DNA of 64,000 nucleotides from Eledone cirrhosa. Lineage: Eukaryota. Of the stretch, positions 14,580-31,050 are shown in pieces. Position numbers and translations under genes: made by a program. Within the stretch, counting starts at the first letter, position 1. Every line of letters starts with the position of its first letter. The notes under the pieces are model-generated. The model was not told the DNA's origin. It was given only the letters and a program-made list of their open reading frames with translations, and made no database searches. The DNA is taken from the NCBI GenBank assembly GCA_964016885.1, contig OZ024740.1, positions 125,736,001 through 125,800,000 of the forward strand. Reading direction: 5' to 3'.

Positions 14580-14908
14580 GTTTTCTTAAAAGGGTAGGTT
14601 TTGCTGATCAGGGATTTTATGGTGGTTCCTGGCTTTTCTACCACCTTAATTTTTAAGTGGGTCTTTCTCAGGGCATTTCCGTTTCATAAACTTCTTCTCT
14701 ATATATATGGCAACATTGAGGACCGAGTAAGTTAGATTACCGATATAAAAGACACAGAAGCGAGAAGCGAAAACCAACCAAACAGTGAGTGTGTTCTGTT
14801 ATTAATTCTGGCAATATTACACAAATATGACCCTCCCCAAGTACAACAATATTTGTTTCGACACACGATTTCATATAAAAAACCTCGCAAAACTAATTCA
14901 TCGCCGCT
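14580..14908. mobile_element. Mosaic of fragments from two PLE families
   Basis: 14580-14674 matches 18228-18322; 14673-14699 is the reverse complement of 11216-11242; 14707-14908 matches 19812-20017. Confidence 0.85.
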
Positions 14909-14991
14909 ATATATTTATATATATATATATATATTTATTTATATATATATATTTATATATATATATTTATATATATATTTATATATATATA

Positions 14992-15040
<49 letters not shown>

Positions 15041-15147
15041 TTATATATATAATTATTTATATATATATTTATACATATATATATATTTTTATATATATAT
15101 TTATATATATATATATATATTTTTATATATATATTTATATATATATT

Positions 15148-15221
<74 letters not shown>

Positions 15222-15224
15222 AAT

Positions 15225-15518
15225 TTATATAATTACGGTATGTGCGCATTTCTTCTAAGTTTAATTTTACTACTAATTGTGTGTGGTTGATGATATATTT
15301 AGTCGAAGTCTGCATGCTGTCGAAATGTTCGATAAATAATGGAACGGGGCTGCCGCGAAGAGGCTACGATCGATTGTTTGTCAGAGATTTCCCAATAAGA
15401 AAATTTATTCTTAAAGCTTGCTAGATTTGATTTTGTATATGGTTAATTATGCTAATTAGAAGAAGAAATAGTATATATTTTAATATATGATGATTCTAAA
15501 GACATGATTTATGATATA
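15225..15518 (+). mobile_element. Family B fragment
   Basis: Matches 7500-7775 (gccgcgaag, atatggttaattatgctaatt); ends in tttatgatatat. Confidence 0.7.
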
Positions 15519-15520
15519 TT

Positions 15521-15553
<33 letters not shown>

Positions 15554-15600
15554 TTATATATATATATTTATATATATATTTATATATATATATATATATA

Positions 15601-16437
15601 TTCTTACATTGGATTCATCTCGAAAGGTCTATTTTCTATTCGCTCATATCTTCACCCAGCTTATACTGATAGAATAACTATGTAGCTTGTGTCTTTCCTA
15701 TCTTCGGTTAGCTTTCCTCTGTGTTGTTTACTTGTCTCACTCGTTTTACGCGTTTTAATTGTCCTAATAACTTATTTTAGTTATTATTGCGCCAACGTAA
15801 GGTATATGATTTTTAATGCAATGAAATACCTATGACCGTTGGTAAATCACTGATGAGGGACTCATTTTATAACATGTTATCCATGTGCAACCATGCAGTA
15901 TTCTTCTCCCCATTTTTTCACATATATTTACCCAAACTGCGATTCTGTTTTTCTCTCTCTTACTGCTCCCTCGTTCTCTCTATTTCTCTTACTTTCTTTC
16001 GACCCCTCTGTCATGTTAGTTAACAATCTTCTCTCTACTGACCTCTTCCTCACACTTCTACTCACTCACTCACTGTTTCTCCCCTTCTCATTTCCCCCCG
16101 TTGGTAATGTTAACGATTTTCCTTCTTTCTTACATTGGATTCATCTCGAAAGGTCTATTTTTTACTCGCTCATATATTCACCCAGCTTATACTGATAGAA
16201 TAACTATGTAGCTTGTGTCTTTCCTATCTTCAGTTAGCTTTCCTCTGTGTTGTTTACTTGTCTCACTCGCTTTACGCGTTTTAATTGTCCTAATAACTTA
16301 TTTTAGTCATTATTGCGCCAACGTGAGGTATATGATTTTTAATGCAATGAAATACCTATGACCGTTGGTAAATCACTGATGAGGGACTCATTTTATAACA
16401 TGTTCTCCATGTGCAACTATGCAGTATTCTTCTCCTC
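15601..16437. repeat. Partial tandem unit, ~526-bp period, pLTR-like, within (AT)n
   Basis: 15601-15910 is repeated at ~16127-16436 with few substitutions. Confidence 0.85.
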
Positions 16438-16503
<66 letters not shown>

Positions 16504-16556
16504 ATTTATATATATATATATTTATATATATATATATTTATATATTTATATATATT

Positions 16557-16591
<35 letters not shown>

Positions 16592-16648
16592 ATATTTATA
16601 TACATATATATATATATATTTATATATATATAAATATTTATATATATA

Positions 16649-16744
<96 letters not shown>

Positions 16745-16758
16745 TATATATATATATT

Positions 16759-16840
<82 letters not shown>

Positions 16841-17288
16841 TATATATATATTTATATATATATTTATATATATATTTATATATATATTTATATATATATT
16901 TATATATATATTTATATATATATTTATATATATATTTATATATATATATTTATATATATAATATTTATATATATATATTTATATATATATATTTATATAT
17001 ATATATTTATATATATATATTTATATATATATATTTATATATATATATTTATATATATATATTTATATATATATATTTATATATATATATTTATATATAT
17101 ATATTTATATATATATATTTATATATATATATTTATATATATATATTTATATATATATATTTATATATATATATTTATATATATATATTTATATATATAT
17201 ATTTATATATATATTTATATATATATATATATTTATATATATTTATATATATATTTATATATATATTTATATATATATTTATATATAT
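16438..17288. repeat. (AT)n with TTTA interruptions
   Basis: Direct reading. Confidence 0.95.
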
Positions 17289-17500
17289 ATATTGTTATAT
17301 TTGGGGAGGGTCATATTTGCGTAATATTGCCAGAATTAATAACAGAACACACTCACTGTTTGGTTGGTTTTCGCTTCTCGCTGTCTTTTATATATATATA
17401 TCTGCGATCTAACTTACTCGGTCCTCAATGTTGCCATTGACTGACCGGCGGTCAAAAATAATACAGATACAATATAGACAAACACATATATATATAGTTT

Positions 17501-17557
17501 ACATAATTTACATAAATCTTTCGTTGCACATCTGCAACATCGTCAGTGGTGTTATAT
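17501..17557 (-). ncRNA. HHR-like motif, inverted copy
   Basis: Reverse complement of 19692-19748. Confidence 0.5.
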
Positions 17558-17818
17558 TCATTGTTCCTCCTGTTGTGTTGTATGTCTACGCCATTTTTTT
17601 TGTTCAGTCTGTCTATATATTTATTTATTTATTTGCTTGTTTGTTTATCTTATTTTATTTTGTCTTCTTTGCGCATGCGTTTGCGTGTGTGTATAGTGTT
17701 ATGTGTGATGTGTGACTAGTGTGTATAGTGTTGTGTCTGCTGGGTGACTAGTGTGTGTTTATGTGCTTGTGTATGTATTTATTTATCTTATTTTATTTAA
17801 TTTAATTTACTTATTTAT

Positions 17819-19004
17819 TTATACTTCTCTTAGGTCAGTGTTGTTTGTTTGGGTGTTGTTGTTGTTCCACTCATTCTTTCTGTTTAGCTTTGGTCTTCTA
17901 ATTTCTATTTCACTGGCCTCTCTGATTTGCCTATCTGCTGGGTCATTCCTATGTTTAGATATTATTCTAATTTCTATGTTGTCTATGTTACCGTCATGTT
18001 GTTGTCTAGCATGTTCGTATAGTACTGACCCGTTTTTTCGTCCTTTTAGTTCCCCCCAGTGTTGGTCTATCCTTTCACCTATGCTACGAGCTGTCTCACC
18101 TATGTATGTTGTTGTCGTGTTTCTGCAAGTACCCTCTGTACATCTTATGCTATAGACTACGTTTCTAGTTTTACAGTTTATCCGGGGGTTCACCTTACAT
18201 ATGATACATTTCCTATTGGTACAGTGGGTTTTCTTAAAAGGGTAGGTTTTGCTGATCAGGGATTTTATGGTGGTTCCTGGCTTTTCTACCACCTTTATTT
18301 TTAAGTGGGTCTTTCTCAGGGCCTTTCTACACTGGTTAGCTAATTTCCCTCCAGGGGTGGCGTCCACAAACATGACACTCTGATATCTCTGGTTGTCGTA
18401 CCATGATGTGGCCTTCCCTATGTTATGTCTAGCCCTATCTAAGCTATTCCATGATTTGCTCCTGTATAGTGGGCAAATTCCTTTCATGTCCAGTTCTATG
18501 AGGGTCTTATACTTTTCCATGGCTCCTTCGTATACTCTGACTCTGTCTCTTTGGTTGTAGCCAGAGAAGTGCATGCGGTTGATGAAGTGTTGGATGTGTC
18601 CTTCCATTTCTGTTGGGTCGCACATGCTGGACACATTCTTCATCACTCGTACCAAATCTGCGATCAGAATATTAAACTTAGCACTACTGGACATTGCTGA
18701 GTTTTTGAGTATCAGGTATTTGGAGGCCATGGGTTTAGCATAGTGTGAGTGGAGAATTTGGTCTCTCTCGTCTATAGTGTTAATCCAGAGTTCTGTGTCT
18801 AATACAGGTAGTCTATTGTTAGGGTGTTTGGAAGGGAAGTCTATAGTTACAGTTATACTCTGGTGTATGGAATTAGCTATCTGCTGGATGCTTTCCATCG
18901 TGCTACGTTCTAAATCAAACTTGTTAGTGCTCTCTAGTGGGGGTGTTCTTATAACTATATTGATATCGTCTACATAACGAGAGTACATGATGAGGTCTAT
19001 GGAG
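17819..19004 (-). pseudogene. C-terminal half of a PLE RT + GIY-YIG ORF (non-Naiad, possibly Nematis-like)
   Basis: YSRYVDD, LPVLD, HYAKPMAS, PLYRSKSW, VMFVDATPGG, CTNRKCIIC..C, NVVYSIRC..YIGETAR..R..QH, RQIREASEI, LNRKNEW. The first ~60 aa of the track ORF are inverted-arm sequence. Confidence 0.85.
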
Positions 19005-19691
19005 CTTTTAAGAAAACCCACTGTACCAATAGGAAATGTATCATATGTAAGGTAAACCCCCGGATAAACTGTAAAACTAGAAACGTAGTCTATAGCATAA
19101 GATGTACAGAGGGTACTTGCAGAAACACGACAACAACATACATAGGTGAGACAGCTCGTAGCATAGGTGAAAGGATAGACCAACACTGGGGGGAACTAAA
19201 AGGACGAAAAAACGGGTCAGTACTATACGAACATGCTAGACAACAACATGACGGTAACATAGACAACATAGAAATTAGAATAATATCTAAACATAGGAAT
19301 GACCCAGCAGATAGGCAAATCAGAGAGGCCAGTGAAATAGAAATTAGAAGACCAAAGCTAAACAGAAAGAATGAGTGGAACAACAACAACACCCAAACAA
19401 ACAAACAACACTGACCTAAGAGAAGTATAAATAAATAAGTAAATTAAATTAAATAAAATAAGATAAATAAATACATACACAAGCACATAAACACACACTA
19501 GTCACCCAGCAGACACAACACTATACACACTAATCACACATCACACATAACACTATACACACACGCAAACGCATGCGCAAAGAAGACAAAATAAAATAAG
19601 ATAAACAAACAAGCAAATAAATAAATAAATATATAGACAGACTGAACAAAAAAAATGGCGTAGACATACAACACAACAGGAGGAACAATGA

Positions 19692-19748
19692 ATATAACAC
19701 CACTGACGATGTTGCAGATGTGCAACGAAAGATTTATGTAAATTATGT
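19692..19748 (+). ncRNA. Type I HHR-like motif in PLE 3' region
   Basis: ca CTGACGA t gttgca gatg tgcaac GAAA gatt TA tg. Strong stem II, weak stem I (2 bp plus atataa/ttatgt). Confidence 0.5.
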
Positions 19749-20016
19749 AAACTATATATATATGTGTTTGTCTATATTGTATCTGTATTATTTTTGACCG
19801 CCGGTCAGTCAATGGCAACATTGAGGACCGAGTAAGTTAGATCGTAGATATATATATATATAAAAGACAGCGAGAAGCGAAAACCAACCAAACAGTGAGT
19901 GTGTTCTGTTATTAATTCTGGCAATATTACGCAAATATGACCCTCCCCAAATATAACAATATCTGTTTCGACACACGATTTCATATAAAAAACCTCGCAA
20001 AACTAATTCATCGCCG

Positions 20017-22509
<2,493 letters not shown>

Positions 22510-22832
22510 TCATCATCATCATCAACGTTTAACGTCCGTGTTCCACGCTTGCATGGGTTTGGACGGGGGTAGTCCCACTTGAGGCAAGAGTGATTGTCTT
22601 GCTCGCATAGGACTGTCTGGCAGGTTTTCTACAGTTGGATGCCCTTCCTAACACCAACCACATTTACAGTGTGGGTCTGGGAGGTTTTTACCGTGTTGCC
22701 TACACGGCCACATTACAGCGTGGACTGTGTGTTTTTTTGTCGTGACACCTACACGATCTCATTTGTTTCGGCCTCGATGGCGCGGCACCAACATAACTTT
22801 ACATAGAACGGGGTGGTGTGGATGGGGTGGGG
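22510..22832 (-). mobile_element. RTE LINE 3' UTR copy with (GAT)n tail
   Basis: Near-identical to 59167-59485. Confidence 0.85.
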
Positions 22833-23592
22833 ATATATTTATATATATATATATACATGTATATGTCACCGATCTTTTGCTTGGTCTATATATAAACTAT
22901 ATATAAATAGATCTGCCTGGGTACACACTAGCACATACAGATATTGTCATATACACAAAAAACACATATGTATATATACATGTTTCTTTTTGTGTGTATA
23001 TATATATATCAACATATTTTTACATATTTTAATATAAATGCATGAGTGCAATAATATTGGTCAATCTATATTTATCATATATATCAATATGTACATTCAT
23101 ACACAGACATATATATGTGTGTATTTATGTATGCATGAATGTATGTTATGTATGTATATATGTATGTATGTATATATATGTATATGTGTATGTGTATGTA
23201 TGTATATGTGTACATTTACAATCATATATAAATGTTATTATATAAACTGATATTATTATGTATAAACCTGTTCATCTACATAAATACAACATAGTTAATT
23301 ACATATATATTCACGGATACTTAATCTTAAATATATGCATTTATTCCTCAGGCCATATAGTTTACTTTTGTAGAATGTTTCGACTATTTATATACACACA
23401 AATATACATACATATACACAACATCATTCATACATAAATGTGTGTCTGTGTGAGTGTATATGTGTAGCTCTGTGTGTATATGCATGATATTTATTGATTT
23501 TACATGTATTTTATATTATTTAGTTTATAATGAGAATGACAACATCATCAATGATAATAAGGATAATAATAATAATTATTATTATTATTAAG

Positions 23593-23787
23593 GGCGGTAG
23601 ATTGGCAGTATCGGTAGAAGGTCGGACGCCATGCTTTCCAGCATAGTTACGTCCCTATACGATCTGAGTTCAAATCCCGCCGAGGTTGACTTTGCCTTTC
23701 ATCCTTACGGGGTCGATAAAATAAAGTACCAGTAATGCACTGAGTAATTGCTGGCTTTGTGCCTAAAGTAGAAACAATTATTATTAT
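23593..23787 (+). mobile_element. tRNA-derived SINE with Meta-like central domain
   Basis: A-box-like ttggcagtatcgg, B-box gagttcaaatcc, core gcctttcatccttacggggtcgataaaataaagtaccag, (ATT)n tail. Confidence 0.8.
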
Positions 23788-23991
23788 TTCTCATATAAGC
23801 ACAAGGACAGTAATTTTTTGGGAGGAGAAATTCGATTAAATCGACTCCAGTGTGTATCTGGTACTTTATTTTATCGACCCCTTAAGGATGAAAGGCAAAG
23901 TTAACCTCGGCGGGATTTGAATTCAGATCATAAAGGGACGTATCTATGCTAGAAAGCATGGCGTCCGACCCTCTATCGATACTGCCAAACC
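23788..23991 (-). mobile_element. Same SINE superfamily, tail-to-tail with the previous copy
   Basis: ctggtactttattttatcgacccc..aaggatgaaaggcaaagttaacctcggcgggatttgaa. Confidence 0.8.
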
Positions 23992-25074
23992 ATAATAATA
24001 ATAATAATGATGATAATATATAAAAATTAATGGGGATAATATTATTGTTATTGTTGCTGTTGTTATTGTTTGTATTACTGTTGTTATTTTTATCATCATC
24101 ATCATTTTTAAAATAATGACAATGAAAATCTAACACTACCTTTTTCTACAGTACTTAAAAAAACAAGAAAATGTATTACTATACAAGAAACAAAATGTAT
24201 TCAGATATCAAACATATAAACAAATTTTTAAAAAAAGCAGGAACAGCAAAACATGTGAACATTCTCTCCTACCAAAACAACATAATACATCACACTCACA
24301 TGCTTAAATAGATAACACATACACACATGCACACACATCCCCCCCCCACATATATATATATATATACATACATAATTATATATATATATATATATAATCA
24401 TATATATATATGCAAGCACATAAAAACAAATCTCTCTATCTCTCTCACACACTAAAAACATTACAGACACACATGGATATATGTGCATGCATACAATATA
24501 TCTTTGATGCAATAAAACTAAATTAATGTGATATATATTAGAGGGTGGAGAGAGAAAAAGAATAAATAAGATATTGCTTCGCTGTTTTAATATAAAATAT
24601 ATTGTATTTCTGATGTATTGTTGTTATTCAGGTTTGTTTGTTGAAAATTCTGTTTGATTATGATTTTTGTACTTTTGTTATATATATATATACCATGCAC
24701 AAACACGTACACACACATATCTATCTATTGATTTCTCGATCTCTCTCATATATATATATTATATATATATGTGTGTGTGTGTGTCTTTATGTGTGTGGAT
24801 ATGTATGTGTGTGCATGTGTGTGTATGTATGTATACATGTGTATATATGTGTGTGTGTATTCTTTTGGATAGTTTATGTACTCCACAAACAAAGAAACCC
24901 AAATATGTATTAATGCCATATGTTACACACTACTTATAGTAAGATATATGCTGACATCTAAGTATTGTTGCTAAGCATTTTGGCCTTAAAAAATAATGAA
25001 TTATAATAAAGAACATAAAAAGACAAGCACCAATGTCATTATTAATAATTATGATAATAATAATAATAATATAA

Positions 25075-27000
25075 CTGAACATTGTTAAGACTGCGAATAA
25101 GAGAATAGGGGGATAATGGGATGACTAATTGCTTGAATTATAAAGATGGCTTTTGGATTTGGAGAATGCCCCTAAAGGTAATATCCCAATGAATATAAGT
25201 AGGGTAGATAGGATTATAATAAATGAAATTATAAAAAAGGATAAATGTTGTCATACTACATACCAGACAGTGCATGTAGCATGAACAAGGAACCTTTTGT
25301 GAGCAATTGCACTGCTTATTGAGAAAACATTACAACTAACAGAAACAAAGCAGAGTAAGGACAAAAAACATGGTGGAAACGATGCATAGAAAATGACATA
25401 ATGCTGTCAAGGCAAGATGTAAATAAAATTGAGCAATGATTTATAGGAAGATGAAAACATAAAAAAGACTGATCAAGAGACATTAGAAAAATGCAGAAGA
25501 ATGGACACTATACAGTACTGGGACAATTAAAACGAAGAATTTTGTCAAAAAATGAGAAGATGAGAAGATATGTGAACTGAAGCAGTTCGAGGAGAATAGA
25601 TTGTCCTGAAAAAATCCAAAACAATCCTTCCACATTTAGAAGGAGATACTGGGAAGGATGTTGTTCCTAATGCTGATTATGCCATGGAGTTCTGGAATGG
25701 GTTATGGGGAAAACTCTGTGGTGCATAGAAGGATGTAAAGTGGATAGAATCCTTCAGAACAGAATTGCAAGGAGGACACAGACAACGAGATATTATCATA
25801 TACACAGTCAATGTGAAGGATGAAGTGGCCAAGGTACCAAACAGGAAAACTTCTGGTCATGATGGGATCCATGGATTTTGGTTGAAAAGATACAAGACAA
25901 TTCATGAAAGACTGGCAACTTAAATGAATGAATGTATCCTGAGAGGTTCAATTCTCTCTTTGACGTTAACAGGAAGAACAACACCTATAATAGAGTATAG
26001 AAGTAAGAGAATTGCTGTGGGAAAATATCATACTGTACATAATATGGAAGGTAGTGTCCGAAATATTTGCGAAGAAGGCATATAATTTTCTTTTACAGGA
26101 AGGAATATTACCAAGGGACGAAGCCTCCCTACAGAAACCACCAGAAGTACATAATGAAGCAGAACACAGTAGATAACTGCAGAGTACGTGAGGGTGTGGA
26201 AGAAACAATTAACCACATTATCTCTGGCTCCTCAGTGACAGCAAAAAAAAATATCCCTGGAGATAATAGATTTGGGATATATATACACTGGAAGTTATGC
26301 CAACATTATGAAATACCAACTGAAAAACAGTTGTAAACCATACACCAGAAAAGGCACCAGATTATGTGAAAACAACCATATTCTAGGATATACTGATACA
26401 CACACAGGAACATCAAATCCAACCAACAGCATATTATAGTCAAATGTCACAAAGAAAAAAATATCTTTTAATTGATGTACCAATCCTCACAGATAACAAT
26501 ATATCTATCAAGGAAATGAAGAAACTATCCAAATATAAATATTTAAAGATAGAAATAACTCAAATGTGGATGGTGAAAACAGAAACAATCCCTATGGGTC
26601 ATTTCAAAATGATTAAAAAAACAAACAGACTGATGTATAATAAAAAAAATCATGACTTACAAATATATACAGCATAGAGAAAATACTACTAGATACTGCA
26701 CACATTTTATGAAGAGTACTCTCAATACAGTAGAAACAACACCAAACTCAACACTAGACATACCTAAGGCACACAGAGCTGGAATTTGTAATAAATATAC
26801 ATAATAATAGAAAAATAAAAAATAATAAAAAAAACATGACTTACAAATATATACAGCATAGAGAAAATACTACTAGACACTGCACACATTTTATTAAGAG
26901 TACTCTCAATACAGTAGAAACAACACCAAACTCAACACTAGACATACCCAAGGCACACAGAGCTGGAATTTGTAATAAATATACATAATAATAGAAAACA
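25075..27000 (+). mobile_element. Degenerate R4/Dong-like RLE LINE with a duplicated 3' end
   Basis: DNCRVREGVEETINHIISG, IYIHWKLCQHY, LLIDVPILTDNNISIKEMKKLSKYKYLKIEITQMW..KTETIP. The terminal ~183 bp is repeated (about 26643 and 26826). Confidence 0.75.
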
Positions 27001-28248
27001 ATAACAATATCAAATGGCAACAAAGACTGTGTCTTCAATATTGGGGCAAACTGCATTTTTGCATAATTCCTGGGTGAACACCACACAAAACTCTGGACTA
27101 CTCTGTTGCCTCACAGGCATTGAAAGTAACTATCCCTGTTTAGAAAGGTATCATAGGTATAGGCTCATTCAGCTATATGATTTCAAGTTTGATACCAAAA
27201 TATGGTACCTTGGATAAATGATTTTTCCATAGCAACACATTGGCCAATGCATTGAGAATGTATATTTCTTTGCAGTATACCATTGCTGACAAATTATGTT
27301 TTAAACATGCCAACAAAGGACGCTCTATGTGCTCATTCACCATGGTAGAAAAAATTGTCAAATCGCCTTCAAGTCACATCCAACTTTCTTGAAAAATAGA
27401 AACACACAGTTGATAATGTAATCTTAGATACACTTAAAAGGGCAGAATAGTAATGTCTAGAATGTTCTGAATCATAGGTTTATTCAACGTAGGTTAAAAC
27501 ATCAACTAACTAAACAATTGTTCTAAATATACTGCTGCTATGTGAGTCAATTCACCCTAATAGTTATTCCCTCCAATGTGGCCAGAAAAATATGGTTTGA
27601 ACTAACTCAAGCACAGATACTTCTAGGGTGTCTTCAAACCATTTGAAAGAATTTATGTGATGGGTTCTTTTTCTGCTAGCTACTGTCACTTTATGTCTCC
27701 ATATTTTAAACTGAGTACATCGTATGTTATCCCTATTTATCTCTTTTCTGCATATTGAGCATGGCCATATGTAAATGACAGTGGAGCCCTGTCTTCTTTC
27801 CTTGTAAATAGAACTTTCATCATTGCTAGGTTTACTTCAAAACCTCATAATTCTTGGCTTTGCTTTTCGAAATGTTTCTTTACTTTATTGACAAATTCAA
27901 CCCTAGCTGTTCCCATGGATAGTCCTTAAACTTCTCTGTTATTGACTAAAGAAATATAATAAACTGAAGGATACTGAAAATTAAAACCTAGTGAACTCTT
28001 ACTTATATGCTAACACACAATTTGCTAACAGTACATCTAACATGGCTTACAGGGCTCTCACAAACAATTCCTCTACATCAAATTGTTTTAGCAAACACTG
28101 GATTACAGTGTTGCATTCTGTTAAAGGCTCTTCTCAGGTCAATAAAAACTAGATTCTTTCATGCTCCTGTAGTTGTCTAATTAGAAAAAGGGTGCCAAAT
28201 GTACCAATCCTAGTACAAAGCTGATTTTTAATATATTAAAATTTTATT

Positions 28249-28283
<35 letters not shown>

Positions 28284-28859
28284 TCATATATACATATTTC
28301 TTTCTTCCTGTTCTTTTGAGGTACAAGTTCTCCTTTTTCCCATTCTCTTTTTCACAAATGTAACCATATATGTCCTGATTTTTATAAGGAGTGCATTGTA
28401 TCCCTTTGTAATGTACAAATCAACAAAAAGAATTAGCATCTAAAAGAGCATCACACTGTAAAACCTTGTCTTAAAACGTCCCGTCTAACTGATGCCAGCA
28501 TGTAAAAGTGGATGCCAAAACGTTGATTACATCACTAAGTTATTATTATTTTGTTTTTTGTACCTTTATTCTTTTTATACACTTCAATGAAATGATTTGT
28601 AATGGTTGTTTTTAATAGATAAAAAAAAAACATTTCTCCAGAGCACCAGATAAAGAAAATTGCAAGTTTTGCTTTGGCGCTATACATTCTAAGTTCAAAT
28701 TTTACCTGGATCAATTTTGCTTTTCATTTTCCAGAGGTTGATAAAATAATGTAGTCAATTTAATCAAATTTACCATCACCACAAATTGCTGGTCTTGTGC
28801 CTAAATTAGAAACCATTATTTCAATTTATTAATTTTACAGTTTAAATTTAGAATGAAGA

Positions 28860-29165
28860 ATATTAATAGATTATCTAATAGAATGAAGTTTATCAACAAA
28901 GTATCTAATAGACTGAAAATTATCAACAAAATATCAAATACATTTAGACTATATGTTATCAGCAAAATATCAAAACATTTGAATGTAAGTTATCAAATTA
29001 GTATCAAATACATTTAAAATATAGGCTATCAACAGAGCATCTGATAGATTGTAGGTCATCAACAGAGTATCAAATACATTTAAAATATAGGCGATCAAAA
29101 ATCAGCTTATAGATTGTAGGTTATCAACATAATAACATATACATTTAGACAGTAGGTTATCAACA
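28860..29165. repeat. Degenerate ~30-bp minisatellite
   Basis: Recurrent gttatcaaca.a.tatc.aata.a.t units; related units at 29720-29810. Confidence 0.6.
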
Positions 29166-30249
29166 TGTTGTTAATTGGTCATGGTCTTGGTCTTGGTTTG
29201 TTCTCATCTTCATTACTGAGGGACAGGATCATGGATAATTGCACCAAAGCTCATTTATATGATTCTGTATATCCATGATTTTCATCAGGAAAATTCTCTA
29301 GATCCTGAATCCTCATCTGACCATTACTACCAAGCTACAGCTCATCCACCTTCCTTACAAGAATAAAGCCATTGACCACTTAAAAGGTTATTACTAAGGG
29401 GATTAAGGAGTCCCCTCTTCTCAGCTTTTAAAATCAGACTGCCAATCAAGACTGTTGAGCTCTGTCTACTCGGTTGTTGTTAATTAGCACCTGTTCAGTA
29501 CTGATTGGACACACCTATGATCAGATGCATACCAGCTCTAACAATATCTTCCTATTTTTAGATATAGCACAATCCTGAAAACGTTATCTAATGAGTCCTT
29601 CCTTTTTGAATATGGTAGGATATGATTTAAGTGTAGTTGGATACTATATCTAACTGGTCAATCCACTGTGAGAAACTTCCTTACTGGCTCAGAACATCTA
29701 GTGACTTTGTAATGTGGGTTAGGGTTATCAGTAGAACATCTGTTGAGGTTAAACTGTAGTTATCAGTAGAACAATTAGTGTGTTTAGGCTGTAGGTTATC
29801 AAGAGTAGATCTACAGAGTTTGTCTATTATTCTTAAATATAATAACTACTATCAATATAAAGATTCTCTAATACAATTTTCTGATTTTATCTTTCTTTTC
29901 TATCATCTATTTCATCTATTTTCATGCATCTATAAGAACCAATTCTATGTAATTTGCTGTTATTTCTAGTTAGTGTGTATATTTAGATCCATTATCAAAT
30001 GCATGCCTGCATGTATGTATGCATGCACGTATACATGCATGCATGTATATTTGCATGCATGTATATTTGCATGTATGTATGCATGCATGTGTGCATGTAT
30101 GTATGCATGCTTGCATGTATGTATGTATATATGTATTTATGCATGTATGTGTGTGTGTGTCTGTGTGCATGCTTATGTGTGTATGAATGTATCTCTCTAC
30201 CTCACTTTCTATTTACAAACTCATAGATTCCCTATAAATCTGATATAGC

Positions 30250-30683
30250 AAACTGTTATCCAGCCCTAACTGACATATATCTAAACTTCCATGTATACCA
30301 TAACTAAATTGATGTAAGTCGGAGCAACTTTTGTGTCTGTCACAGTACCCGATATTTGTTTGTAAATATTGCCATTGAAATAAAAGAAAATGTTTTGTAG
30401 AATGAATTTTAGTTCCTTGGTGATGAAACCCTTTTCTATTCTTTCTGAGATCTTATTAGGGAATCTTTGAGCCAGAATCCTATTGCTTCTAGTCCATATT
30501 GGTGTGGGATCATAGAATAGAAGTTTACTACATCAAAAGATACAATAATAGTATAATAGTGCCTCTGTTGACATGTTTAGGCAGGTGGTTTAAAAAGTCC
30601 AGGTCATCTCTTATAAGGTTTCGTATATATTTCAGAATTGGTTTCAATAATATACCTGTAATGTTACTGAGTCTACACCAATG
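30250..30683 (-). pseudogene. PLE RT core fragment (non-Naiad)
   Basis: Minus translation LLKPILKYIRNLIRDDLDFLNHLP..SFDVVNFYSMIPHQYGLEAIGFWL..FILQNIFFYFNGNIYKQISGTVTDTKVAPTYINLVM. Confidence 0.75.
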
Positions 30684-30922
30684 TTGAACTCAACAATTTT
30701 CCAAGAGACTGCACCCTAAATAAACCTGTTTTTTTCTCAAAGAAATGTTTTTTGATTCTGCCACTATTCACTCTCCTCTATATTCCTATTTATTCTTAAT
30801 TTATCATTCTGTTTTCTGATGAAGGTCTAGCATCCAAAATGTTCAGACTATTTTCCTACTCTCTCAAGTGTAAAACTAATATATTTCTTTGCTGTACTGT
30901 TTTGTTTGCTTTGTTATTCCTG

Positions 30923-30924
<2 letters not shown>

Positions 30925-31008
<84 letters not shown>

Positions 31009-31014
31009 CATAGA

Positions 31015-31033
<19 letters not shown>
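30925..31033. repeat. (CA)n/(TACA)n microsatellite
   Basis: Direct reading. Confidence 0.95.

Positions 31034-31050
<17 letters not shown>

Larger units (their letters stand above)
11108..14582 (-). mobile_element. Full-length Naiad-type PLE with direct-repeat pseudo-LTRs (11108-11558, 14142-14582)
   Basis: ~440-bp direct repeats flank an RT-EN frame; the left end abuts (AT)n. Confidence 0.9.
17289..20017. mobile_element. 5'-truncated PLE with ~950-bp inverted duplication (arms 17289-18240 / 19005-19962)
   Basis: Identical ORFs on opposite strands in the track; both ends run into (AT)n. Confidence 0.9.

Noticed and set aside
19005-19186. N-terminus of the 455-aa minus ORF
   Set aside because: Antisense of the inverted arm, fused in frame by chance.
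23593-23680. tRNA gene
   Set aside because: A and B boxes belong to a SINE head; no cloverleaf.
30810-30850. HHR at ctgatgaaggtctagcatccaaaatgttc
   Set aside because: GAAA is lost and stems are weak; at most a decayed pLTR motif.
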